From Macrostomum lignano (lineage: Eukaryota): 64,000 bases of DNA. The stretch covers positions 124,001-188,000 of the forward strand of contig NIVC01000368.1 of the NCBI GenBank assembly GCA_002269645.1, written 5' to 3'. Below are positions 26,149-39,305 of this stretch, one piece after another; position 1 is the first letter of the stretch, and each line of letters opens with the position of its first letter. The notes beneath the pieces were generated by a model. It worked only from the letters and a program-made list of their open reading frames with translations. It was not told where the DNA came from and searched no databases. The position numbers and the translations under genes are program-made.

Positions 26149-26636
26149 AACCCTGTTTATCCGTTTTGTTGCTCAAAATGTTTTGCTCAGCTGGGGCAGA
26201 TTGTTTTGAAAAGCAGAAACAGCGGACGCAGACAGTAATCAGATGAGACAATAAAAGAAAAGATTTTTTCAGTAACCATGGAAACAATCAGTTTGGTTAT
26301 AAAAATTTCAACTGCAATGTTATTCGTGGGCAAAGCTGTCATAGCTCTTCCTTTCGAATAGAAAGACAAGAATTGTACTGGAAAGCGTTGTTTTGTTGTT
26401 GTTTTCATTGAACTGTCTCACTGTATAGTACACCCTTGTACTTTTGTAGCCCAGTAAAAACTCGATCGATAACTTATCGATCGCTTGCAGCAGTTGAATA
26501 AGCGACCAAGAAATCAAGGCATGACATTGAAAGTCACTTTTGATAGTTTATTTCACCCTGTAAGATATACGAATTTATTACCCCGATGTAAAGATTTTCA
26601 GTTTTAATATAAGAATGATGCAAAAAACCCCAATTT

Positions 26637-27030
26637 GAGCCTTGGCATCTCAGAGACTCCCCCTGTGGGCCTTGGCATCTCAGAGACTCCTCTTCATGCG
26701 CCTTGGCATCTCAGAGACTCCCCCTGTGGGCCTTGGCATCTCAGAGACTCCCCTTCATGCGCCTTGGCATCTCAGAGACTCCTCTTCATGCGCCTTGGCA
26801 TCTCAGAGACTCCTCTTCATGCGCCTTGGCATCTCAGAGACTCCCCCTGTGGGCCTTGGCATCTCAGAGACTCCCCTTCATGAGCCTTGGCATCTCAGAG
26901 ACTCCCCTTCATAAGCCTTGGCATCTCAGAGACTCGCCTTCATGAGCCTTGGCATCTCAGAGAATCCGTGAGCCTTAGCATCTCAGAGAATCCGTGAGCC
27001 TTAGCCTCTCAGAGATTCCCCCGGTGAGCC
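26637..27030. repeat. ~31-bp minisatellite (GAGCCTTGGCATCTCAGAGACTCCCCTTCAT)
   Basis: About 12 copies, degrading at the 3' end. Confidence 0.95.
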
Positions 27031-28304
27031 TTGTCAATCCGTCGATTTTATGACTGGAGAAATTTGAATAATAAAAATGCTTTATGGCTGCAAGGAGTTA
27101 CGTACCTATTATATATGGAAACTACTGTATATCACTAAAAATAATAATAATACATTTTAGATGCTGAAGGCAGTCAGTTCTAAGTTAATATCTGGAAAGT
27201 GTTGAGGGAAGCATATAGAAGCATATAGAAAAGCATGAAAGTATAGAGTGAGAGATCAGAGTAGAAAGAAAGGTCTTGAGCAGAAAAAAGCTCTTGAGAA
27301 GCTCCAATTCTGTGATGAGAATTTCTTTTCGAGCTCCTCCTACACAACTCTCGACTCGAGTCTAAGCAAGGAGATTGCTAAAAAATGAGTCGCTATACCT
27401 GAAAATACCTTGAAAACAGTTTAATGAACTTTCGTTTTTTTCTACTTTCAATTTTTTTCATAGGTTGATCTAAGAAGTTCAGGCAATGAGACTTGGACAA
27501 TTTTTTTGAGTTGTTACGTGTAGAGAGCGGCAAATCTACATCTAGATTTACCGTTTTGCATGGGTTTAACCATAGACAACAGATGCCGTCGGGAAAATGC
27601 GCTGAAGAGACAGGAACAGCTGAACTTTGTTCATGCTGAAGTTGTTGATGCTGACATTTGCAGCAAAACCTCTTCCTCCAGAGGTCTTTGCACAATTTCC
27701 AAGGGTAGAACGTCCTTAGTTGTCCATGCTCTAATCATAGCCGTCCACGCTTTTACGCCTTTGCGCTTCGTCAATCTCTTTTGAACCCTCGGGGCTCGCT
27801 CTTTGATTTTTTGAAATCTTGAGTGGTACGGAAGACTGCGTGCAGTTGGCAGGCACTTCTGTGCGAACGCGTCGCTGCATATAGATTCTTCTTCAAGCTC
27901 GAGCCAGAGTCCCCTTAAACGACGTTGAGACAGCAATTAAAATTGGGAGAATGCTTTTCCTTTTCCCTCTGTCTTTCTCTCTTTCTCTCGGTGTATAGTT
28001 AAATCCCCCCCCCAAAAAAAAATTGCTCAGCCGAAATCGTGCTATAAGAAAGGGCATATCGTTTCTGCGTACGGACATTCAATCTTGATTCTTAGCATTT
28101 GAAAAAAAGGTTTACAAAAGACTTCACTAATAATCAACCTCTTTGAGAGTAAAATGGAGGAGAAGAGGTCTAGGCAAAAAGTTGATTGGCATTATTTTAG
28201 TCGAACGGGGCTTAATGAGATTTCTTAAACTGGTCATGCATGAAAATGAGAGCCAGTCACATTGTTTTTTAAATAACGGCGCCACAAATTAAGATAAGAT
28301 CCTC

Positions 28305-28965
28305 ACGTCAAGATAAAGGCCATATCAAGATAAGAGCGCCCAGTTCAAGATAAGAGCCTCCAATTCAAGATAAGGGCGCCTAATTCAAGATAAGGGCGCC
28401 CAATTCAAGATAAGGGCGCCCAATTCAAGATAAGAGCGCCGACATCAAGATAAGGGCGCCCACATCAAGATAAGAGCGCCCACATCAAGATAAGGGCGCC
28501 CACATCAAGATAAGGGCGCTCACATCAAGATAAGAGCGCCCACATCAAGATAAGAGCGCGGCCCACATTAAGATAAGAGCGCCCACATCAAGATAAGAGC
28601 GCCCACATCAAGATAAGGGCGCCCACATCAAGATAAGAGCGCCCACATCAAGATAAGGGCGCCCAATTCAAGATAAGGGCGCCCAATTCAAGATAAGAGC
28701 GCCCACATCAAGATAAGGGCGCCCAATTCAAGATAAGGGCGCCCAATTCAAGATAAGAGCGCCCACATCAAGATAAGGGCGCCCACATCAAGATAAGAGC
28801 GCGGCCCACATCAAGATAAGAGCGCCCACATCAAGATAAGAGCGCGGCCCACATCAAGATAAGAGCGCCCACATCAAGATAAGAGCGCGGCCCACATTAA
28901 GATAAGAGCGCGGCCCACATCAAGATAAGAGCGCGGCCAACATCAAGATAAGAGCGCCCACATTA
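28305..28965. repeat. 20-bp minisatellite (TCAAGATAAGAGCGCCCACA)
   Basis: About 30 copies, including 23-bp variants. Confidence 0.95.
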
Positions 28966-29165
28966 AAACAAAAACGCCCAAATGAATAAAAGAGCACACA
29001 TAAGGCAATGCTTTGTCCTCCAAGTGCTATTGAAAACCACTTAAAACACTTCCATTTGTTTAATCTTACATTTTTTGTGTGCCAAAGGCAGCTATAGATT
29101 TCTTTATTTTATCATGCAACCTTAACATTCCCTATTAACAGATGATTTCCATAATCCACTCGCAG

Positions 29166-29397
29166 GTTGTGAAGATGCTGTTCGTTGTCGTGGTGATGTT
29201 CGCAGTCCTGTGGCTGCCGTACCGCTTCATGGTGGTGTACAACAGCTTCGCCCCCAGGACCCGCCGTATCGCCTCCGAGTGGTACGTGGCCATCAGCCGT
29301 AGCCTCATCTTCGTGAATTCGACAATAAATCCAATTATCTACAACGCGATGTCTGTGAAATTTCGTCGCGAATTTAAGCGTCTTCTTACCTGCCTGT
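29166..29397 (+). CDS. TRHR: TRHR-like GPCR, exon 2 (TM6-TM7, helix 8)
   Basis: CACTCGCAG| acceptor, phase 0; VVKMLFVVVVMFAVLWLPYRFMVVYNSF...FVNSTINPIIYNAMSVKFRREFKRL matches TRHR TM6/7 (NPxxY). Donor T|GTGAGT at 29398. Confidence 0.9.
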
Positions 29398-31364
29398 GTG
29401 AGTCTATTTATGACGCTTTTTTAACTATCGATTTGAACAGATTACAAGGACACTATTGTCCTCAGGGAGCTAATTTAATTTAATAGGGAGCTGGTTAGTA
29501 GTGCCGCAATTCATGCGTCCAGAACGTCAGGAATTCATGTAAAACAACAACAAAAACAACAATAAACGTACCTCTAAGCCTGTGCGTAAACGTACATCAA
29601 CTTTGAGGCTATCCTGGCGTCGCAAGAGTTCGGTTGAACCGACAAGGCACTTGGTGACAATTTGCGACATTTGGCCGCGTTGGCCCTTATTTTCGAAAAC
29701 TACACAGTCCCCAGGCTAATCTAAATATGCGTGCGAGGAATCTATAACCATGGGCGCCTAGCATTGCAGCAAGAAACAGTGAATCGTTACGCTCTCAGAA
29801 TTTTCGTTGCCTGTTAATTAATGTCTTTCAACCCTTCTTGATTCGTCTTCGTTATTCTGTTCTCTGCATACACTGCAGGCATCTGTCCACTCCAGAACAC
29901 AGAATACCACAGAATGCTCATTCGACTAGTAGAATACGTATCGAATTAAAACACCATATATGCTACTCTTCTATCGTCTATCGTCTATGGTGATTCTTCT
30001 CCCTACTACTTTCCCACAACTTCACAGGAAGAGTAGCACAAAACGAGAATAATTTCGCATTGAGATTTTTTTTCAGGGTGGCTGATTAAGCATTATATGT
30101 GGTATTCTGTGCTCCAGACCTATCCAACGTAATCTCACGGTTATATTTCAAGTCCTTTAGCTCCGAGAGAGACTATAGATAATGGGGAGTATAACGTTAT
30201 ACCATTGATTTGATTCAGCTGTGCAAAAGAGACAAAGCTTTTAATTTTTCATTTATCGATGGTCGCAACGTCTGTGTCACTGCGGGGGCGTTTAACTAGG
30301 CTGGAAAATGCTGTACACGGGCGTGGCTTCTCACCCGACTGTCATAAACAGTAAAAAGCTTCTAGTTTAAATGGTTAGCAATGCGTACGAGCTAGCTGTC
30401 TTAAAAAAATAGAGCGAGCCTTCTCATTCATCGAATCCAATTGCTATTGTCGCACTTAAACGGATGTGCCTTTAAAAAAACTATTGCAGCAGTAGAAAGG
30501 ATCGCTAAAAATGTTCAATACCCCTCTGAAATTTCAACTGCAAGTAGTCTTGCAGAATTGAAACGATTTATTGAATAGCTGCAAGGCGCGTGGGACTCTC
30601 ATCAGTCGCTAACTGCAGAATGCATTCAGGGGAGCCAGGGAGAGTCTTAAAAGCATGCCTATATCGTTGATTGTGAATTCACGGAGCGTTAATGAACCCG
30701 TATCTAGTGACTGCATAGCGAGCGTTTATGTATAAATATAAATACCTTACGTTTTTAAACGGATTGATTTCTATCAATACCTCTTAGAAATAACTGGTTA
30801 TTGTACCACGGCTGCGAAAGTCTCTAATCGTGATAGATTAAAATTGATTCCAATTTTAGTACAGCTCACCACCAACGAAAATGTAAAGCACTGTCGTTGT
30901 GCCAATTGACAGATTCATACGAAAAAAATATTTAATGGATCACGGATGTACACCAAACACACTTAAAAACCACTTCACTTAAAGCTGAACTTAGAGTGTT
31001 GTGGTTCGTCTTGCCTTTTCATGTACACCTTATATGAGCATGTATGCCTGTTCCGGGTTGCTTAGGGGTTGAAATTTTGTTTTAAATTACGAGTCTGCTT
31101 TTGCCTGCAGCGCCAAAAGCAACACAAACCTAGCTCGTACCAATTTACGAGTACCATAAAATTGATGAAGACATTCCTTGCCAAGGATGTTTTGTAACCA
31201 GAAACTCGAGTGTTACGGATAAAATCAGTCAAAGGAACAGAAGTGTTGCAGATAAAGCAGAGGCATTCCCAGTGAACTGATACCCCTTATAGGTTACGAA
31301 TTACAGACATAATTTCTCCTACATTTATTAGCACTAGAAGATGGATTTTTTTCTCATCCGACAG

Positions 31365-31528
31365 GCGGAAGTCGTCAGGTTGGCAGGAACAATCGGGAAC
31401 AGGCCGCCAACGGAACCACGTGCAGCCAATCCGTCAGACCTCCATCAGCCAATGAGCATGAGGAAATGCAACTGCGCGAGCTTTACTCTGACGCGAAGGC
31501 TAACAAAAGCTCTGCTGTTCGAGTCTAG
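31365..31528 (+). CDS. TRHR: TRHR-like GPCR, probable terminal exon (C-terminal tail)
   Basis: TTTTTTCTCATCCGACAG| acceptor in phase 1; (C)GSRQVGRNNREQAANGTTCSQ...SSAVRV*. GC-rich, coding-like island. Confidence 0.6.
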
Positions 31529-31687
31529 AGTACAAAAATTATGGCGAGAGAAAATAAAAACTAAAAGAGGTAAGATGTCGCTCACTTATGTTAGTAAAAA
31601 ATAATTTATGGTTCGAAATGCTAATTCCTCAAATTGTAGGCTTCTCAGAGTGCAACAGATTTCACCTTTTCAACTACATTCGTACTG

Positions 31688-32487
31688 TAACATCCTCAAA
31701 GTGTGACGTCCTCAAAATGTCACATCCTCAAAGTGCCATATCCTCAAAGTGCCACATCCCTAAAGTGTCACATCTTCAGTATCACATCCTCAAAGTGTCA
31801 CATCCTCAAAGTGCCACATCCTCAAAGTGTCATATCCTCAGTATCACATCCTCAAAGTGTCAAATCCTCGGTATCAAGTTTTCAAAGCGTCACATTCTCA
31901 GTGTCACATCCTTAAAGTGTCACATCCTGAAAGTGCCACATTCTTAAAGTGTGACATTCTTAAAGTGTCACGTTCTCAAAGTGTCACATCCTTAAAGTGT
32001 CACATCCTCAAAGGCTCACATTCTCAAAGGCTCACATCCTCAAAGTGCCACATCCTCAAAGTGCTACATCCTCAAAGTGCCACATCCTCAAAGTGCCACA
32101 TCCTCAAAGTGCCACATCCTCAAAGTGCCACATCCTCAAAATTCCACATCCTCAAAGTGCCACATCCTCAAAGTGCTACATCTTAGTATCAAATATTCAA
32201 AGCGTCGCATCCTTAAAGTGTCACATCCTCAGTGTCACATCCTGAAAGTGTCACATCCTGAAAGTGTCGCATCCTTAAAGTGTCACATCCTCAAAGTGTC
32301 ACATCCTCAAAGTGTCCCATCCTCAAAGTGTCACATTCTCAAAGTGTCACATCCTCAAATTGTCACATCCTCAAAGTGTCCCATTCTCAAAGTGTCACAT
32401 TCTCAAAGTGTCACATTCTCAAAGTGTCACATCCTCAAAGTGTCACATTCTCAAAGTGTCACATCCTCAAAGTGTCACATCGTCAAA
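31688..32487. repeat. ~16-bp degenerate minisatellite (TCCTCAAAGTGTCACA)
   Basis: Direct tandem array just downstream of the GPCR stop. Confidence 0.95.
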
Positions 32488-35400
32488 GTATCTATGACAT
32501 TATACTTCTTCCCTAAAAATTGTAGATCAACATCAGTTCTCTACAGCAAGTTAGGAAGCTCTTCAGCATACAATGACTGGGTAGATCCATAGCTCGATGT
32601 GTTATTTTCTCTGTACTTGAATGCATTAAAAACCTTGCATAAACATTGTTGTACTTACGCTAAACTTTTCACTTAAATGAAATCTGTACTTTAGTTGTAG
32701 AGGAATTTGTTGTTTTGTTGCATTACTCAAACTTAATTTACATTGTATACATGTACGCGCATTAAAACTCGACTCAGGTGCACTTTTGGCAATAAATTTG
32801 GCATTCCTGAAATAATAAATGTAGGTATAGGGGCTGCGAATTAAGCACTTTTAACTGGGACAGTAGATCACGCTAAGACATTATATAGTTGTAGCTCCCC
32901 AAACTCCAACCTATGCCCACCTATAAGCTAAGTAAACAACTCCTCCATATGTGGGAAAAATTGTCCTCATAATAGCTGATGATATTTGAGATTCGCCTGC
33001 ACCTGAGCTTTTTTTGCAAATAGAAAAATTCTCAGATTTGCCCTGCAGTGTATAGTTAATATAGTTCCTCTGTGAATTGAAGATTTTCTAGCCAGACTTA
33101 TATTAATACGAATGAAAAAGCGCCCTCCGAAAATATTGATCTCAAATAAAATACTGTCAGCACACCTGACGCTCTTGACCCCAATCGAGAGACAGAGAGG
33201 AAACTTCCCGGTACAAAAGTGCAAAATTAAGACTCAATTTTCAACGGATGAAATTTCCAGACACAATTCATGCGAATGCGTCCTCAGGCATTGACTTTAG
33301 GATTTTATATTACACTATGAAACTCCCCGAAATGCTCAGGAGTTTAGGAGAAGTTTTTCGGTCCATTGAATATGAGGTAGAGAACTTATTTAGCTATAAA
33401 GTATTAACCTGTTACATCATCCACGACTATTACAAAACAACTCGAGGAATGTGACCAATTAGTGAGACGTTTCAACAACAATTAGTAATAGGGGAGCCGT
33501 AGCCCATGCAGTAGTCTTTCGCGGGGGCTTTGGTGTCCCGGCGGCCCTGACTCGATTCCAAGTGCAGTCACGAACTCAGAAGGGTCTCGTCACTTTGGGC
33601 TAGATTGGAATCTCAGCTTAGCTTGGCTCTGCTCGTGCAATAAACGGCCTTGAAGGCCAACCTTCAAAGCACACAGTAACGTGTACATGCCTATAGCGCT
33701 GAATAAAGTTAGGCCCGCTGTACACTCCTGTGTGAGTGTGTGCCTGTGCGTGTGACTGCGTACGTATCCGCGAGATTGTGTGCCTGCTCGATCAGGGGAG
33801 TCGGCGGAATGGGCAGCAATGCCTCTCGCCGGTTGTGTGCCTATGTCGCTTAAAGTGCGCCAGGGTGCACACAACCCCTGCCTCTAATAAAAAGATGCTA
33901 TAAGATACAAGAAGTTTCGTTTTGTAATGTCAGTTTCCTTTGCAAGGTTCCGTGTCTTTACCTGCACCTTGTCGCTGATTGAAACCTTAACAGTTTGTCC
34001 GTAACAAGGACTACTTAAGAACACCTTAAGTAGTCCTTGGTCCGTAATTTCGACCTTTATTCTAGAAATCGGCATAGCAGTAATATTAATTGCGTACTTT
34101 AATTGCTCATGGTATGATTTCAAATCGCGACCTATACTGTGTTATATGATTAAATGTCCTAAAGGCGAGCGTTTTTTTGAGCAGTTGATCGGCTGAACTC
34201 CGATTTTATAATTGAATTATCAATCCCTAGCTAGTGCTATTGTTTTTGTTGTTTTGGTCAACATTCATTGGAATTTAATTTTTGTCATGCACTTTAAAAC
34301 TTTTCTGAAGAGGAATTTAAAATTTTGTTATAATCTTATCATATTTTAATTATTGTTTGCTCCGCCTCCTTGTTTTCTAAATTTAGAAAATTCACCTTAG
34401 ACAATGACTGTTAGAGTTAAATATAAGCCCAAGTGACTCTTTTTCCCTGCGCTAATCACAATATGTCAACTCAATTATCGTTAAATTGAAAATCGTGTTC
34501 CCAATTAAATTTTTATTTTTAAAATGTATAGTCTCGGTTGCTTTTGTGATTTGAACTTGGCAATTACAAATAAATGCAGTTCCAAATGAATCCCTCAGCA
34601 GCTTAAACGAATTGCGTGTTTGATGTATATTTAAATATGTTCTACGCTGCGCACTTAAACAAATACATTATTGTTTCCTCAGTTTTACTGAAAATAAACT
34701 GTCTTGCGCGTGTCTAAATAGCTAATTGTTGTACAAGTGTCGCTTGGAGTTTTTCCTGAAAATATGCGTGCTCACTTTACTACAATAATGCTACAATATG
34801 ACTTGCCACCTGAATAAGGTGAATAGATACAACCGAATAAAATTGTCATCTGTAGCTAGCTACCTGTAAGATGCTTATATAGATCGAGAAACTGGGAACA
34901 CGGAGCTAGGCGACATCCGATGGAGAGACATTTGCATGGCTGCCCTGGCCGGAGCAGCAGGAACTGGATCATTGCCTTCCTCTGTCTGTCTGACCAGTTC
35001 ACGCATGAACAGTGTGAAATCAGACTTGTTCAGCCAGTAAAATGATTTGAGTACTTTAAAATTCCCGAAGCTAATAGTAGGCTTAAACTTAAAGTTTCGG
35101 AAATCCGTGGATTTTTGTACTTTATTCTCAAGATAAACTTCTGAATTCCTGCTGTGCAGATGATTCACTTCACAGGAAAAGGAGACAGGAAACTGATAGC
35201 TGGGAATCTTGATGTCGCTCAGATGCTGTACGCCACGAAAAATTCGAGGGTCCAAAATCGGCTAGATTGAGCCATAAATCTTCTGAAATTGCGACAGGAC
35301 GTCTTTCTTCACCAGACCGTTAGAGCAATTATTACCTGCCCGATTACAAGATGTTGCAATAGGTGCAATTATATAGCTGAAATTACTGGTAGCAGATGGG

Positions 35401-35489
35401 AACTCATGCACAGCGCTATTACACGTACCTATATATGCATACTGACCTATGATACAAGGTAGACTCTAGGATAAGACTGCGGAGCCAGA

Positions 35490-36235
35490 GGGAGGAATAG
35501 AGAGAAAAGAGGAGTGAGAGATGAGAGAGGAGAGAGGAAAGAGAGGAGAGGAGACAGGAGAGAGGAGATGAGAGGAGAGAGGAAAGAGAGGAGAGGAGAC
35601 AGGAGAGAGGAGATGAGAGAGGAGGGACGAGAGAAGAGAGAGGAGACGAGAGAGGAGAGAGGAGATGAGAGAGGAGAGACGAGAGAAGAGAGAGGAGACG
35701 AGAGAGGAGATGAGAGAGGAGAGAGGAGATGAGAGAGGAGAGAGGAGAGAGAGGAGAAGAGAAAGGAGAGAGGGGAGAGGAGAGAGGAGAAAGGAGAGAG
35801 GGGAGAGAAGAGAGAAGAAAGGAGAGAGGGGAGAGAGAAGAGACGAGAGAGGAGAGAGAAGAGACGAGAGAGGAGAGAGAGGAGATGAGAGAGGAGAGAC
35901 GAGAGAGAGAAGATAAGAGATGAGAGACGAGATACGAGAGAGAAGAGACAAGAAAGGAGAGAGAGGAGAGGATAGAGGAGTGAGGAGAGAGAGAGTAGAG
36001 GATAGAGGAGAGATGAGAGAAAGGAGATAGAGAAGAGAGAGAGGAGAGAGGAGAGAGACGAAATGAGAGACAAGAGAGGAGAGAGACAAGATAAGAGATG
36101 AGAGAGGAGAGAGAGAAGATAAGAGATGAGAGACAAGAGAGGAGAGAGACAAGATAAGAGATGAGAGAGGAGAGACGAGAGACGAGAGACGAGAGGAGTA
36201 GAGAGAGGAGAGAGGAGAGAAAGGTGTTGAGAAAG
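35490..36235. repeat. Purine-rich (GA/GAGAG) low-complexity tract
   Basis: Almost exclusively G and A on the + strand; gives L/S and E/R pseudo-ORFs. Confidence 0.95.
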
Positions 36236-37263
36236 AAGAGAGAAGGTGAAATGCTAGCCGACGTCAGCGGTCCCTATTACGCGTAATTTTCCGTTGTGTC
36301 ACGTGACCTGATTCAGTGGGTGCAGTAGACTCCGAATTGTAGAGCTCTGCTTCAAGGACGAGGAAGCAGCATATAGTAGTTAGGTGTACACGTATGACAC
36401 AGGTATAAATGGTTTTTCTTCTGATTTTCTGATTCTTTTTTGGAATTATTGCAAGATTCGCAAAGGGTAGAGTAGATAACTAAAGCATCTTTTGATACCT
36501 TTTTATTGACCTATTTGACATGCATTGCCGATTTGGGCAGCAATCCGCGATTAAAACTAAATATGAACATCGCTACACAAATGAAATTAAATAAAGTAAT
36601 ACGAAGTAATAACGAAGAATTTCCTGCGAACTTAGTTAATCTTTCAGTTAATTAAATATGTTTAATGAATTTTATTATTACTAGATTTTTACATAAAAGG
36701 GCTAACAGTCAAATCTATATATGCAGCTTAAGATAGCGAAATCAAGTCTTACAATCAGACCCGATGAAAACGATAACCTATAGTAAGACAAGAAACATCC
36801 CCAAGTCAAGAAGTGTCGCCCCAGAATCGTCGGTAACGCTGCTAAAATAGAAAAGTCACTTTAGACGACTCTAAAACGACATGATGTCACGGTAAAGTTC
36901 GCCAAAAGAGGCAATTTGAGGCGACGCAAGTGACTCCGGGGCGCTTCTATAATGACTTCTACATGCATGTAAGTGTAGACTATTAAACTCTATCTAGTCT
37001 ACTTGAGTTAGTAGAAAGTTAAGTGCCGACACAACGACTCTTGGACAACTCTTTCACGATTCTCCTACTCACATGATGCGCTCGTGACTCAACAGTCACC
37101 TCCCCGTCGCATTACAGTCGTTTTTGAGTCGTTAAAAAGTTATAAGCTGGAGTCGTCCAGAATCACTTTATAGAGTTTAGCGATTCTTATTATGGTACCG
37201 TTTTGAAGAGGAAAGCTTAATTAAAAAAGGCTATGATAAATAAAATGGCTAAGAGCAGATTAG

Positions 37264-38031
37264 CTACAAGTTTCTTTGCTTGGCCTTGGATATTCTTCGA
37301 AAGCAACATGGACAACACAACAGCCTGTGCCTGACAAAGCTGGAACACTCGGCGCACAATACCATATCATGTTGAACTGTCTGCTGGGTTAGTGGACAAA
37401 CAGTTGTTAGTTCCAATAGCAAACCGGACGAATTATGGAAACACAGTCGGCATAAATTGGCGTGAAGCATGGGGCCTAATGACGAAAACCTTGAAAACAA
37501 CATGTCAAAAGTTACACTAACCCATTCGATGCAAGTGATCATTAATTTGATGGCTGTACGAAATCTCTGTCTACTGGGTACAATACCGAATCGTCTGTAA
37601 AGAAACAGAACATCCTGCTCAGTGATTTCCTGTCGACATTTATAATTGTCGTGTCGAACAAAATATGAGTTCAAATTATCAACAAACTGAGACAAAATAC
37701 TCGGATTCCAGTCTGAACCAGCCTCTACAGCCAGCCGATGCCACTGTTCTAACAGCATATCGAGTTGATAATCTCTGAAATCAGGGTGCACAGAAGCGAA
37801 GAAATCTAATAGAACAGTTGATTCCAGCCGCATCAACTGCCTCCAACCTTCAGCTGTGTAGCAGTTAGCAAAATTCACTCTGCCCAGCTGGTCTCGAATA
37901 TGCAAAATAAATTCTTCACTTGTTGACCTGGGATTTGCTAGGCGAAATTGTTTTAACATTTCAAGCAAATAGTTGGCTGCGTTGCTGGAGTTTCCTGTGC
38001 CTTCACTGTCTGCTGATGAGGCAGCTGCCAT
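37264..38031 (-). CDS. Intronless orphan protein with C-terminal RING-HC-like zinc finger
   Basis: ORF of about 255 aa from ATG 38031, non-repetitive; C-terminal CRLC-x14-C-x8-H-x4-CAEC-x10-CPCC. Confidence 0.65.
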   Translation of the reverse strand: MAAASSADSEGTGNSSNAANYLLEMLKQFRLANPRSTSEEFILHIRDQLGRVNFANCYTAEGWRQLMRLESTVLLDFFASVHPDFRDYQLDMLLEQWHRLAVEAGSDWNPSILSQFVDNLNSYFVRHDNYKCRQEITEQDVLFLYRRFGIVPSRQRFRTAIKLMITCIEWVSVTFDMLFSRFSSLGPMLHANLCRLCFHNSSGLLLELTTVCPLTQQTVQHDMVLCAECSSFVRHRLLCCPCCFRRISKAKQRNL

Positions 38032-39263
38032 TTGCCTCAATTGCAGTTGACAGTGAACAATCAAATAGCATTGATGGCTTTAGAAATCCATAATAATTTA
38101 TTTGCAGATTAGTTTTCCACTGCATTGGCCTTGGTGGTAATTGCAAGCACCTTTCAATATAGCATGTCTATTGATCATGCAGAAATTGGGAAATGAAATA
38201 AAAACAGCATTATAGAAATCGTAGTGATTTTTTAAAAAGTATCTATACCTATATGAACTTCTAGTGCTTTTTATTTCTGAGTAAAGTTAAGTTTAAATGC
38301 AAATCAAACATGAAAAACTATTCAATTAGCTAGGTTTCTTTCTCGTATGAATAAATAACGAAAATGATTAACTAGATATAAATTTGCTATAATAGAATTG
38401 TAGTATAGATTATAATATAAGGTATAACTAGTAAATTAAAATTCAAAAATTGAAATTCAAAAATAGATTAAAAGTAAAACTGATAGCTATCCCTAGCTTT
38501 AGTTATCAAATTTTATGGCAACTATAAAGATAACTTTTATTTTTTATAACAATTGGGCATATTTTTTTAATTTACATGCAAATGCAATAATACACTATAG
38601 TGAGCCTCATGAAAAATGATAAACCCAGTGACAAGATTAGATATGGAATGTATGTAGATGTACATATATTTATACATTATATACAAATGCTACAGCTAAT
38701 TCTATATAATACAGAACGTCAAATACAGTTTTTTATGTCATAGAAGCACAAGTACAAGTGTCTGTGCTGTGGTATCGGTATGTAAACATAATGTCATAAA
38801 ACTAAAAAAGTACAAAAAACTTCGAATCCAAAAATAGACATGATAACTACTGTAATGGAAAGGAATTCAAGCGACTATGAACTTTTAAGGGAACATGGTA
38901 ATAGAATAGAAGGTACTACCTTTCCTGCATGGAAATAAAATGCCCCAAAACGCAGAACTATGCAGGGAAGATAGCAGGAATACGTTGACTACAACACAGC
39001 TGAAGAAGTCTGGCACATCCATGGAATTGCCACGTGTTAACCACGGTGGGACCGTGGCAAATCCAATGAAGCATTTCTAATTATGAAATAAAAAACTTTT
39101 AATTCAAAATTTTCTTTTAATCTTTTACTCGAAATGTTTTTACGTACATGAGAGTAATTTGTAACGAATCTGTGAAATCTAAAATAAAAATTGTTATATT
39201 AACCTAAATGCGGCTTTATTGAAAAATATCTTATTCTTTCCGATCGATCTGTACATTACTTTG

Positions 39264-39305
39264 CAAGGACAACTTAAGTCAGTCAGTCTACTTAAGTCGT
39301 CCTTG
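39264..39305. mobile_element. 42-bp minimal TIR element of the same family as the 698-bp MITE
   Basis: CAAGGACAACTTAAGT-cagtcagt-CTACTTAAGTCGTCCTTG, flanked by TTACTTTG / ATACTTTG (7/8 TSD). Confidence 0.7.

Noticed and set aside
27393-27936. Overlapping minus-strand ORFs, including a THAP-like SSAHF motif
   Set aside because: No complete C2CH THAP signature, frames are inconsistent and no splice support was found. Possibly a decayed TE, but unassignable.
33490-33575. Possible second tRNA-derived SINE head (GGGGAGCCGTAGCCC...GACTCGATTCC)
   Set aside because: Both boxes are degenerate and there is no second copy in the window to support it.
34875-35255. 126-aa minus-strand ORF and an LADFG string in another frame
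   Set aside because: No other kinase motifs and no clear splice sites or start; not supportable as a gene.
35447-36152. Leu/Ser-rich membrane-like and Glu/Arg-rich ORFs
   Set aside because: Translations of a GA-rich low-complexity tract.
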